Shown here: in pieces, positions 1 to 8,638 of the stretch | Numbering within the stretch: position 1 is the first letter of the stretch | Layout: each line of letters starts with the position of its first letter | DNA from: Deltaproteobacteria bacterium | GTDB taxonomy: Bacteria; Myxococcota_A; UBA9160; UBA4427 | Assembly (NCBI GenBank): GCA_011051925.1 | Contig: DRKE01000239.1 | Coordinates: 1-39,743 of the forward strand | Length of the DNA: 39,743 nt | Direction of reading: 5' to 3' | Notes under the pieces: model-generated | The model's input: the letters and a program-made list of their open reading frames with translations, nothing else | Databases searched by the model: none | Told to the model about the DNA's origin: nothing | Made by a program: the position numbers and the translations under genes

Positions 1-1
1 C

Positions 2-1312
2 ATGCGGGCGGTCTCGGACTCCCAGGGCGAGCTGGCCGCGCTTCGTCGTGCCCTGGAACTGCAGGTCGACCAGGGGCAGGTGCTCGAGGCGATCGCGACA
101 TGCAAGGCGATCCTCGCGATCCTGCCCGGCGACGAGCAGACCCTGGAAACCCTCGATCTGCTCTACCTGAACGGCGCGCCTTCCGATCTCGGCACGTCTC
201 TCAGCGATGCTCGAGCGGAGGGGCACGAGGAAGAGGATGCCCCCCTCGACTCGTTGCTGTTGACCGAAGTCGTTCCCGGCGCGCAGTCGGTCCAGATGGC
301 GGATGCGCAGCCGGGGCGGATCAACGAGATCCCGATCGAACTGACCGAAGAGGCACCCGGCGAAGCCGTGATCGATCTACGGCTCGATCAACAACCGGTT
401 CCCGACAGTCCCGAAGATCTCGCGGCGGCGCAGGTGGTCTCCCTGCCGACTCCGCTCGACGCGGGCGCACGCAAGACCACGGTCGCCGGCGCGCGAGGCG
501 CGTCCCTGCGTCAGGAACTGGCGAATACACCGCTCTTCGGGGATCTCGACCCCGCCAGTCTGCATACGTTGATCCGTCGGATTCGCGTCGTGACGCTCGA
601 GGCAGGTCAGGTCCTGTTCCGCCAGGGAGATGCGGCCAACAGTCTCTACGTCATCGTCGAGGGCGCCGTCGTTCCGATCGCCGAAGGCGAGCGTCGGCGG
701 AAACTCGCCGTGCTCGAACGCGGCGAGTTCTTCGGGGAGATCGGGCTGATGGCGAAGCAGCCCCGGAACGCGACGATCGAAGCCATCGTTCCCACGAAGC
801 TGCTCGCGATCGATCGGCGGGTCTTGTGGGAGCTGATCGCGAAGGAGCCGTCGGTCGCGAAGAGCATCCTGCGATTCCTTCGCGCTCGACTGATCGATCG
901 CCAGATGCGGACCAACCCCTTCTTCGCCGCCTTCGCCCACGCCGAACGCGAAGCGGTCGCGCGCCAGTTCCGCATTCTCGAGGTGAAGGGTGGAACCCGG
1001 GTCGTGGAGCAGGGAAAGCCGCCCGATGGTCTCTTCGTCGTTCTTTCGGGCACGCTCGTGCAGATCGACCGGAAGAACGACAAGGAGGAGGGCGAACTCC
1101 ATTCGGGCGATGTCTTCGGCGGGCTCTCACTGCTCGACGACCGTCCCGCCCCCGCCGACGTCGTCACACGCGAGAAATGCTGGCTCGTCGTTCTCGGGGA
1201 AGGACGTTTCCGCCGCATTCTCGAGGCCAATCCCGCTCTCGCCCGCGTCGTTCGCCGCGTCTCGGGAGAGAAGCGGGTCGGAAAGCCCGAACCCCTCGTC
1301 AAGGGTCTGTAG
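2..1312 (+). CDS. cyclic nucleotide-binding domain protein with two tandem cNMP-binding domains behind a TPR-like/acidic N-terminal region; possibly 5'-truncated by the window edge
   Basis: 436-aa ORF. The first domain has the phosphate-binding-cassette pattern FFGEIGLMAKQPRNATIEA. The second domain has FGGLSLLDDRPAPADVV. No DNA-binding output domain is seen. The ATG is at nt 2, so the true start could lie upstream of the window. Confidence 0.8.
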   Translation: MRAVSDSQGELAALRRALELQVDQGQVLEAIATCKAILAILPGDEQTLETLDLLYLNGAPSDLGTSLSDARAEGHEEEDAPLDSLLLTEVVPGAQSVQMADAQPGRINEIPIELTEEAPGEAVIDLRLDQQPVPDSPEDLAAAQVVSLPTPLDAGARKTTVAGARGASLRQELANTPLFGDLDPASLHTLIRRIRVVTLEAGQVLFRQGDAANSLYVIVEGAVVPIAEGERRRKLAVLERGEFFGEIGLMAKQPRNATIEAIVPTKLLAIDRRVLWELIAKEPSVAKSILRFLRARLIDRQMRTNPFFAAFAHAEREAVARQFRILEVKGGTRVVEQGKPPDGLFVVLSGTLVQIDRKNDKEEGELHSGDVFGGLSLLDDRPAPADVVTREKCWLVVLGEGRFRRILEANPALARVVRRVSGEKRVGKPEPLVKGL

Positions 1313-3059
1313 GCCGCCTCTCTCCTTCGATCGTCCCGTTTCCCGAGTCGTTCCCCGTGCCGGCCGGGCCGGTTTTCGGCGACGGGATATAGGGCTCGGC
1401 CAATCCGATCTTGATCAACTGGCCCTTTCGGAGGCGGGTCGAAGCGTAGATTCCGTTCATCACGCCCGTATAGACCAGCTCCAGCTCATTGTTCGTTCGT
1501 TCGGAAAGCGCCTGGAGGGTCTCGTTCTCGAGCGCTCGGGCGATGCGGAGTCGGATCACCTTCAGCGAACGGACCCCGGCTTCGTCGAGCGGCCGGAAGC
1601 TATGGGCGAAAGCCCTGCCCCTTCCCCGGTACTTGCTGACGGCACCGGCGAGGCTCACGAGGGAGAGTCGGTAGACGAGTCCGTCATACTCGACGAAGGT
1701 CATCTGGACCCAGAGACCGACCAGTCCGTTCGTCGCGCGTCCTTCGATCCGGACGGCGGGAAGCCCTCCGATCCTGATCTTGCGACGATCGCGGACGCGG
1801 ACGCGTGTTCCGTCGACTTCGTTCTCGATGAATTCATCGACGACCTTGTCGATGTCGGGGCCCTTGCCTTCGACGGTGAGTGTCGCCTCGGCATCGCGTG
1901 CGGGTGCCAGGGCAGCGACCGCCTGCTGGCTGTTCATCGTCGTCCAGCCGTGCGGAAAACGAATGGAGAAGCGGAGGTCGGGGTGGATGAACCGGTCGCC
2001 TTCGAAGAGCCCGCCCGCCGGATTGTCTCCCAGGATCAGACCGTCGATCACGCTGAAATAACCCATGGGAAGGACGTCGGCGATGGCCGGCACGCGTTCC
2101 CATTCCAGGCCCGCAGCCCGTTCCGAGGCGAGGGCCGAACGTTCCGGGCTCGTCGGATGCGTGGCGAGGAAGCTGGGAAGTCGGGACCAGCCGATCTCAT
2201 AGCGATCCGAAGAGTCGAGTTTGCGGAGGAAATCGGCGATGCCCGCCGGGTCGTATCCCGCCTGCGCCGCCAGGATCTGGCCCCCTCGATCCGCATCCCG
2301 TTCCTGGTCCCGGCCGTAGGCGGCGATCGCCGCGGCCCGGATGAAGCCGATCGAGAAGGGATTGAGTCGGCGGGAGTAGTCGATCCGGGCGGCGGTGTGG
2401 CGTTCGGCAGCGTGGGTGATCTCGTGTCCGATGACACCGGCGAGTTCGTCTTCGGTCTGGATCAAGGCGAGCAGTCCGCGTGAAACGTAGATCTTGCCTC
2501 CCGGCAGGGCGAAGGCGTTCGGAGCGCTCTGGTCGACCACCTTGAATTCGTAGTCGAAGGGCTGGGGCGGAGCATGACGGAGTAGCCGGATGCCGACGCT
2601 CCGCACGTACCCGAGAAGTTCTTCGTCCTCGACCAGACCGAGTTCCGCTTCGATCTCGGCGGTCTGGTCCTCGCCGACCTTCCGATCGTCGTAGGCCGTG
2701 TCGAGCACGATCCGGCCCGATCCCGATCGGTCGTCCGGCTTCCTGTCGTGCGTGCCTTCCCGCCTTTCGCCCTCGTCTTCCCGCTCCCCCTCCCGGGAGT
2801 CGCCTTCCGGAGCGTCCTGCCCCCTCGCCGTCTTCCCGGTCTCCCCGTCTTCGGCCGTGGCCGGAGGACCGTCTCCCGAGTCGGGCCGGGTCCGATCGGA
2901 CCGGCTCGACGCGTCTGCATGCGCTTGTCGGGAAGGCGGTGAGGATGGCGACACGGTCGAACAAGCCACGACGAAGGCGAGGAGAATCGCGAAGGAGGGA
3001 AGTCTGGCGAGCAAGTTCTGGCCTTCATCCTTGGGCGGAGCGTAGGTCGAGTCTATCAT
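1299..3059 (-). CDS. M48 family zinc metallopeptidase, probable lipoprotein, with a C-terminal LysM-like segment
   Basis: HEXXH motif HEITHAAERH preceded by APNAFALPGGKIYVSRGLL. I chose the internal ATG at 3059 (MIDSTY...) because it gives a lipobox-like signal (LLAFVVAC). The longer ORF to 3395 would run over the divergent gpmI start. The C-terminus (ETLQALSERTNN...GQLIKI) resembles LysM. Confidence 0.8.
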   Translation of the reverse strand: MIDSTYAPPKDEGQNLLARLPSFAILLAFVVACSTVSPSSPPSRQAHADASSRSDRTRPDSGDGPPATAEDGETGKTARGQDAPEGDSREGEREDEGERREGTHDRKPDDRSGSGRIVLDTAYDDRKVGEDQTAEIEAELGLVEDEELLGYVRSVGIRLLRHAPPQPFDYEFKVVDQSAPNAFALPGGKIYVSRGLLALIQTEDELAGVIGHEITHAAERHTAARIDYSRRLNPFSIGFIRAAAIAAYGRDQERDADRGGQILAAQAGYDPAGIADFLRKLDSSDRYEIGWSRLPSFLATHPTSPERSALASERAAGLEWERVPAIADVLPMGYFSVIDGLILGDNPAGGLFEGDRFIHPDLRFSIRFPHGWTTMNSQQAVAALAPARDAEATLTVEGKGPDIDKVVDEFIENEVDGTRVRVRDRRKIRIGGLPAVRIEGRATNGLVGLWVQMTFVEYDGLVYRLSLVSLAGAVSKYRGRGRAFAHSFRPLDEAGVRSLKVIRLRIARALENETLQALSERTNNELELVYTGVMNGIYASTRLRKGQLIKIGLAEPYIPSPKTGPAGTGNDSGNGTIEGERRPTDP

Positions 3060-3153
3060 CCGGCCGGATTTCCGGCCGCGAAGAAGCCGGCATCCGCAAT
3101 CTCCGATGGGGCTTCTCCCATGGGACATGCCGTGGGGTGGAAACGGGCAGACG

Positions 3154-4827
3154 ATGGCTGAATGGACGCTCGAAAAGAACAAGCGGTTCCCCGGCGTGCC
3201 GGGTCCGGTCGTCATCTGCGTGATGGACGGGGTCGGGCACGGTCGGCGGGATGAGTCGGACGCGGTCTGGCTCGCTCGTACGCCGACCCTCGATCGGCTC
3301 GCCGAGACCGTTCCGAGTCTCGAGCTGCGTGCCCACGGCAAGGCCGTCGGCATGCCGAGTGACGACGACATGGGAAACAGCGAGGTCGGCCACAATGCGA
3401 TCGGTGCCGGTCGGATCTTCGATCAGGGTGCGAAACTCGTCGCGAAGGCGATTGCGGAGGGGTCGATCTTCGAAGGCCCCAAGGCGGGTGTCTGGCAGGA
3501 AGTGACCGATCACGTCCGTGAGCGGAGGTCGACGCTCCATTTCATGGGGCTCCTGTCGGATGGCAACGTGCATAGCCACATCGATCATCTCTTCGCGATG
3601 CTGCGTCGCGCCGATCACGAATCGATCTCCCGAGTACGGGTCCATGTCCTGCTGGACGGACGGGACGTTCCCGAGACGAGCGCCCTCGGCTACGTCGACG
3701 CCCTCGAGGAATTGCTCGAGACGATCTCCGCGAAACCCGATCGCGACTATCGGATCGCGTCGGGAGGCGGGCGCATGACGACGACCATGGATCGCTACGG
3801 GGCGGATTGGGGCATGGTCGAGCGCGGTTGGCAAACCCATGTGCGCGGCGAAGGACGAGGGTTCCGTTCCTGTCGTGAAGCGATCGAAACGCTCCGGGAG
3901 GAGCATCCCGGGATCGGGGACCAGATGCTTCCGCCTTTCGTGATCGTGTCGAGTGACGGCAAGCCAGTCGGTCCGATCGTCGACGATGACGCCGTCGTCT
4001 TCTTCAACTTTCGAGGCGACCGCGCGATCGAGATCACACAGGCCTTCGAGCTCGATGATTTCCAGGCTTTCGATCGGGGGCCCCGGCCGAAGGTCCTCTA
4101 TGTCGGGATGATGGAATACGACGGGGATCTCCATCTGCCGTCGAAATATCTCGTGGCACCGCCGGCGATCGAACGGACGCTTGGCGAGTACCTCGCACGT
4201 GCGGGGCTGCCGCAACTCGCGATCGCCGAGACCCAGAAATTCGGCCACGTCACCTATTTCTGGAATGGCAATCGCAGCGGGAAATTCGACGAGAAGACCG
4301 AGACCTACATCGAGATTCCGTCCGATGACCGTCCCTTCGAGGAGCGGCCCTGGATGAAGGTCGCCGAAGTGACCGATCGGCTGGTCGACGAGCTTCGAAC
4401 CGGCCGCTACCGACACGCGCGGGTCAACTTCGCGAACGGCGACATGGTCGGGCATACCGGCCATCTGATCGCGGCGATCCAGGCGGTCGAGGCGGTCGAT
4501 CTCCAGATCGCTCGACTCCTGCCGGTCATCGAGAAGGCGCAGGGGGCGCTGATCGTCACGGCGGACCACGGCAACGCGGATTGCATGGTCGAGATCGACA
4601 AGAAGACCGGAAAGCCCGTCACCGGGCCGGACGGACACGTTCGGCCGAAGACGAGCCATACACTCAATCCGGTTCCATTCCATCTCTTCGCGCCCGGAAC
4701 GGAGATCCGGCTCGTCCCGCAGTCGACGCATCCCGGTCTCGCCAACCTCGCGGCGACGATCCTGGATCTGCTCGGCTTCATTCCTCCCGACGACTATGAA
4801 CCGAGCCTGATCGAGAACGCCTCGTGA
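3154..4827 (+). CDS. gpmI: 2,3-bisphosphoglycerate-independent phosphoglycerate mutase
   Basis: About 557 aa with the motifs VICVMDGVGHG, MGNSEVGHNAIGAGR, GHVTYFWNGN, NFANGDMVGHTG and TADHGNAD. The start was set at the ATG at 3154 (MAEWTLEK). The ORF-track start at 3106 is possible but adds a non-conserved leader. Confidence 0.9.
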   Translation: MAEWTLEKNKRFPGVPGPVVICVMDGVGHGRRDESDAVWLARTPTLDRLAETVPSLELRAHGKAVGMPSDDDMGNSEVGHNAIGAGRIFDQGAKLVAKAIAEGSIFEGPKAGVWQEVTDHVRERRSTLHFMGLLSDGNVHSHIDHLFAMLRRADHESISRVRVHVLLDGRDVPETSALGYVDALEELLETISAKPDRDYRIASGGGRMTTTMDRYGADWGMVERGWQTHVRGEGRGFRSCREAIETLREEHPGIGDQMLPPFVIVSSDGKPVGPIVDDDAVVFFNFRGDRAIEITQAFELDDFQAFDRGPRPKVLYVGMMEYDGDLHLPSKYLVAPPAIERTLGEYLARAGLPQLAIAETQKFGHVTYFWNGNRSGKFDEKTETYIEIPSDDRPFEERPWMKVAEVTDRLVDELRTGRYRHARVNFANGDMVGHTGHLIAAIQAVEAVDLQIARLLPVIEKAQGALIVTADHGNADCMVEIDKKTGKPVTGPDGHVRPKTSHTLNPVPFHLFAPGTEIRLVPQSTHPGLANLAATILDLLGFIPPDDYEPSLIENAS

Positions 4828-4831
4828 TGCC

Positions 4832-5386
4832 TCAGAACGAGTGGGCCATCTTCTGCATCAGTCTGACGAACTGTGTCTGTTCCTCGTCGGACAGGACTTC
4901 CTGGATGTGCTCGGTGAAGCTTTCCATCCCCTCGCGATAGCGCAGCAGCGCGTCGAGCGCGCTCGGCGTCGCCTCGAGGATGACCGAGCGGCGATCTTCG
5001 GGATTCGGTCGCCGCTTCACGAGGTGCCGCGCCTGGAGTCGATCCACGATCGCGGTCATCGTGCTGCGGGGCAGGCCGAGGTCGGCGACGAGGCTCTTGA
5101 CGCTGGTCGGACCGGACGCGCTGAGAAGCGCCACGAGGTCGAGTTCGCGTCCCGACAGCCCGGTCGAGGACTCGAGATCCACGCCGCGAAGTCGAAGCCG
5201 AAGCGTGACCTGGACCAGGAGCTCGAGCAGCACCCGGCGTCGATCGGCACGATCGTCCGGGGAAGGGGCATCCGCTTGCGTGATCGATCCGGACGGGTTG
5301 GGGGTGGGGGAGGGAGCGCTCCGTCCGGCAGTGTCGCTGGACTCCGGGGAAGCGTCATGGTTCTGGAGGAGGGTTTCGTGCGCCAT
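4832..5386 (-). CDS. MarR family transcriptional regulator
   Basis: Winged-HTH pattern LSGRELDLVALLSASGPTSVKSLVADLGLPRSTMTAIVDRLQARHLVKRRPNPEDRRSVIL. The roughly 50-aa Pro/Ser-rich N-terminal leader is unusual. An in-frame GTG (VLLELL...) would give a shorter, 133-aa protein. Confidence 0.8.
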   Translation of the reverse strand: MAHETLLQNHDASPESSDTAGRSAPSPTPNPSGSITQADAPSPDDRADRRRVLLELLVQVTLRLRLRGVDLESSTGLSGRELDLVALLSASGPTSVKSLVADLGLPRSTMTAIVDRLQARHLVKRRPNPEDRRSVILEATPSALDALLRYREGMESFTEHIQEVLSDEEQTQFVRLMQKMAHSF

Positions 5387-5764
5387 GCCCCGGACTACGG
5401 GGGAGACGGGGCGTATGGTTACCCGGGCACGAAAAAGAAGGATCGGAGCGCGGCGGTCGGTGCGGACGACCCGGGCGGGTCCCGACGTTGGCCGGACCGG
5501 AAGACAACCCGAGGGCGCGCCCTTCGGGGAACTGGTTGGCCGGCCCTCGAGCGCGGGTGGGCCGGGGAGGGAAGCCGGGGCGACGATGGGCCGCGGGTTG
5601 TTGAGTCGGTCACCGGGGCAGGGTATTTTGCGCGCGCCGAAATGCGACGGAACGTCGCTTCCTGTCGGGTTCGGTCGAGCGGGTCGACCGCTGAACCCGT
5701 CCCGAGCCGCAGGTGGACAGGAAACCGAGATCCGGAAGTAGAGAACGAGAGAAAGGAATCATCC

Positions 5765-7000
5765 ATGTCGGATTCCCGACCCGCGCCCCTGGCCAGCGTC
5801 CGCGTCATCGAGAGTTCCATGTTGGGTCCTGCCGGGATCACGACCCATCTGGCCGATCTCGGCGCCGACGTGATCAAGGTCGAGCCGCCGGCAGGAGACT
5901 ATATCCGTCAGATGACCTGGCCGATCATCGAGGGCACCTCCCTCATGCATCTCCATCTGAATCGGGGCAAGAAGAGCATCACCCTCGACCTCAAGAATCC
6001 CGAAGCCGTCTCGGTCTACAAGGAACTCGTGAAGACGGCCGATTGTGTCGTCGAGGCGATGCGCCCGGGTTCCCTCGCGCGGCGCGGGCTCGGCTATGAC
6101 GACCTGAAGAAGATCAATCCGAAGATCGTTTTCTGCAACATCTCGGGTTACGGGATGACGGGTCCCTACCAGAACCTTCCGGCCCATGGCATCGCCTTCG
6201 ACACCTGGGCGGGCATTATCAACCCGGCCTACGACGAAGAGGGTTTCTGCTACATCCCCGAGCATGCCTCGATCGGGATCCACGCCGGCCCCATCTTCGG
6301 TGCCTTCGGGATCCTGGCCGCGATCATCCGGGCACGGGAGACCGGCGAAGGGTCCTTCCTCGAGATCGGTCAATCGGATGCCGCCGCCTACATGGACTGG
6401 TATCGCTCGGAATCCTACATGGCCTATCGCCGTCCTGAAGACGTCGTCACGGGGAACGCCTCGGATGACTACGAGCGCCGCGCTGTCGGCACGAAAGGCA
6501 TGAAGGAAGGGGTCCGGTACCAGATGTACGACGCCAAGGACGGTGTCGTCCTGATCATGTGTTCTGAGCAGGCCTTCTGGAAGAACTTCTGCGAAGCCGT
6601 CGGGCGGTCGGATCTCTTCGAGAAATGGCCCGGGTCGAAATATGCCGATCATGCACGGAACAATCGGGAACTCCAGGCGGAACTTCGTGAGATCTTCAAG
6701 ACGAAGACCTGCAAGGAGTGGATCGACCTCGGAAACGAGAAGAATTTCCCGATGGCGCCCGTCAATTCGCCCGAGAACATCGTAGACGATCCCCAGTTCA
6801 AGGACCGCTTCCCGCTCTATCCGCACGAGAAACACGGGGCCGACATGCTTCCCTTTCCCGTCCGATTCCCGGAAGAGTCGCTTCCGGAACCCGCGAAGGC
6901 GCCCGAAGTCGGGGAGCAGACGGTCAGCGTGCTGAACGAGGTCCTCGGATACGACGAGAAGAAGATCGACGAGCTGAAGGGCAAGGGTGTCTTCGGCTGA
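5765..7000 (+). CDS. family III (CaiB/BaiF-type) CoA-transferase
   Basis: The N-terminus VRVIESSMLGPAGITTHLADLGADVIKVEPPAGD and the segment ISGYGMTGPY are typical of the family. The ATG at 5765 follows the RBS-like AGAAAGGAA. The upstream part of the 719-aa track ORF is Arg/Gly-rich antisense shadow of the MarR gene. Confidence 0.85.
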   Translation: MSDSRPAPLASVRVIESSMLGPAGITTHLADLGADVIKVEPPAGDYIRQMTWPIIEGTSLMHLHLNRGKKSITLDLKNPEAVSVYKELVKTADCVVEAMRPGSLARRGLGYDDLKKINPKIVFCNISGYGMTGPYQNLPAHGIAFDTWAGIINPAYDEEGFCYIPEHASIGIHAGPIFGAFGILAAIIRARETGEGSFLEIGQSDAAAYMDWYRSESYMAYRRPEDVVTGNASDDYERRAVGTKGMKEGVRYQMYDAKDGVVLIMCSEQAFWKNFCEAVGRSDLFEKWPGSKYADHARNNRELQAELREIFKTKTCKEWIDLGNEKNFPMAPVNSPENIVDDPQFKDRFPLYPHEKHGADMLPFPVRFPEESLPEPAKAPEVGEQTVSVLNEVLGYDEKKIDELKGKGVFG

Positions 7001-7592
7001 AGCGGTCGAGGCGGTCTTGGCATCGCTTCGCGAACTTCACGACGCGATCGACGCCCGCGCACGTGCCATCGCCCGGGTCCATGAGAAGCGCCTGTCCTGT
7101 CGGAAGGGTTGCTCGGCTTGCTGCCTCGACGGTCTGACCGTTCGTCAGGTCGAGGCAGAGCGGATCCGGCGGGCCCATTCCGATCTGCTCGAGCGCGGAG
7201 AGCCCCACTCCGAGGGTGGATGTGCCTTTCTCGACGGGGACGGGGCGTGTCGGATCCATGCGGACCGTCCCTCCGTCTGTCGGACACAGGGGCTTCCCCT
7301 TCGGATCCTCTTCGAGGACGACACGGGAGAGATCGTCGAACGTCGCGACATCTGTCCGCTCAACCTGGCGGGAGGTCCTCCTCTCGATCGATTGGCCGAG
7401 GATGCCTGCTGGTTGATCGGTCCCTTCGAACTCGAACTCGCCCGCCTCGACGAGGATCTCGCAGCGGTGATGGCGATCGTGGATGGGACCTCGGAAGAGA
7501 CGCGCTCCGTCGCTTCGGGAGACGGCGCCGGTTCGACCGGGAAAGGAGAGGTCCCGCGGATCGCGCTGCGCGATCTTTTTCGTCCGGGTTGA
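6987..7592 (+). CDS. YkgJ-family cysteine-cluster (CxxCxxCC-type) protein
   Basis: Contains CRKGCSACC plus GGCAFLDGDGACRIHADRPSVCR, the pattern of the UPF0153/YkgJ family. The GTG start overlaps the CoA-transferase stop by 14 nt, which suggests translational coupling. Confidence 0.7.
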   Translation: MSSAEAVEAVLASLRELHDAIDARARAIARVHEKRLSCRKGCSACCLDGLTVRQVEAERIRRAHSDLLERGEPHSEGGCAFLDGDGACRIHADRPSVCRTQGLPLRILFEDDTGEIVERRDICPLNLAGGPPLDRLAEDACWLIGPFELELARLDEDLAAVMAIVDGTSEETRSVASGDGAGSTGKGEVPRIALRDLFRPG

Positions 7593-7615
7593 AGGGACGG
7601 CGGCCCCGCCCCTTC
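7591..7615. terminator. GC-rich hairpin between convergent genes (terminator-like, no U-tract)
   Basis: The sequence gaagggacgg-cggcc-ccgccccttc gives 9 paired positions with one mismatch and a 5-nt loop. It starts inside the TGA of the YkgJ-like gene. No T-run follows, so it is not a canonical intrinsic terminator. Confidence 0.3.
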
Positions 7616-7705
7616 CCGTCCTGATCTCCTGATCGCCCTCGCCGGTCCGCGTGATTTCATCCAGACGACGCGGCGGATCGCCGAGATCATCCACGATTGA
7701 GCGGT

Positions 7706-7993
7706 TCAGACCGCCAGCTTCGAACGGATCTCATCGAGCGAGAGTCCCGAGATCTCGAGGGTCTTTCTCTGCGAGGTCGCGCCCGAAACCACACGAACGG
7801 CTCGTCGCGACAGACCGAGTGCCCCGGCCAGGAGTTTCTCGACGGCCGAATTGGCCTTGCCCTTTTCCGGAGGCGCGACGACGCGGATCTTGAGGGATTC
7901 TTCGAGCCATCCCGCGATCTCGTCGCGGGATGCGCCGGGCACCACCTTCACGGTCAGTCGCGTGGAGAGGATCCGCCGCGAGGAGGTCGTCAT
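7706..7993 (-). CDS. DUF167 (YggU) family protein
   Basis: 95 aa. The pattern LTVKVVPGASRDEI...IRVVAPPEKGKANSAVEKLLAGALG...VRVVSGATSQRKTLEI matches the DUF167 pattern. Its ATG overlaps the stop of the upstream DoxX gene (ATGA). Confidence 0.8.
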   Translation of the reverse strand: MTTSSRRILSTRLTVKVVPGASRDEIAGWLEESLKIRVVAPPEKGKANSAVEKLLAGALGLSRRAVRVVSGATSQRKTLEISGLSLDEIRSKLAV

Positions 7994-8424
7994 CGCTCCA
8001 TTCGGACGTTCGCTTCGTGCCCGCTCGCCGAGGGTCCCGAAGCGTCATCCCGGGTTGCCCACCAGGCCCAGGCGATGAAGAGGAACTGGAAGGGAAGGCG
8101 GACGTAGAGCTTCGTCGGGGTCAGCTCGGGGAAGAGTTCCGGATTCATCGCCATGTAGAGATTGGCCGGAAAGACGGCGATCAGCAGCGCGACGAGTCCC
8201 CATCCTGCCAGGGAACGGACCCGCGGAATCAGCACGCCGATCCCGCCCGCGATCTCGAAAAGGCCGCTCACGTAGACGATCATCAGGGGGTCGGGCAGGG
8301 CGGGCGGCACGATCGCCGTGAAGAAATCGGGGTTCGCGAAATGCTGGATCCCCGCGAAGAGGAAGAACGCGGAGAGGGCGAAGAGGGCGATCCGTTTGAC
8401 GCGGGATCGGGGGAGTTCGAGCAA
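7990..8424 (-). CDS. DoxX family membrane protein
   Basis: 144 aa with four hydrophobic segments. The sequence FFLFAGIQHFANPDFFTAIVP...GLFEIAGGIGVLIP...LIAVFPANLYMA is typical of DoxX-like proteins. Confidence 0.75.
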   Translation of the reverse strand: MLELPRSRVKRIALFALSAFFLFAGIQHFANPDFFTAIVPPALPDPLMIVYVSGLFEIAGGIGVLIPRVRSLAGWGLVALLIAVFPANLYMAMNPELFPELTPTKLYVRLPFQFLFIAWAWWATRDDASGPSASGHEANVRMER

Positions 8425-8638
8425 GGGGCGGGCTCCTTGGGGATGGCTGACCCCACGAGTCTAGAGGGTCTCCCGGATCGTGACATCCTCGGGGACGGGA
8501 ACCTTCCCGACGTGCGCTTCGTCGGGAGAAACCCCGAGCAGCTCGCTTGCAGCGCCGGCCCTGCTCAAGGTTCGGGGCGCCTCGCCGATCGCAACCGGGT
8601 AGGTCCCGTTTTTCGAGGGATACGAAGGGAATTCCGAT

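Noticed and set aside
1299-1312. Convergent 3'-end overlaps: cNMP protein and M48 peptidase by 14 nt, and ABC-F and DUF389 by 23 nt at 34600-34622.
   Set aside because: Short tail-to-tail overlaps are common in compact high-GC genomes. Both partners have intact C-terminal motifs, so there is no sign of frameshift or misassembly.
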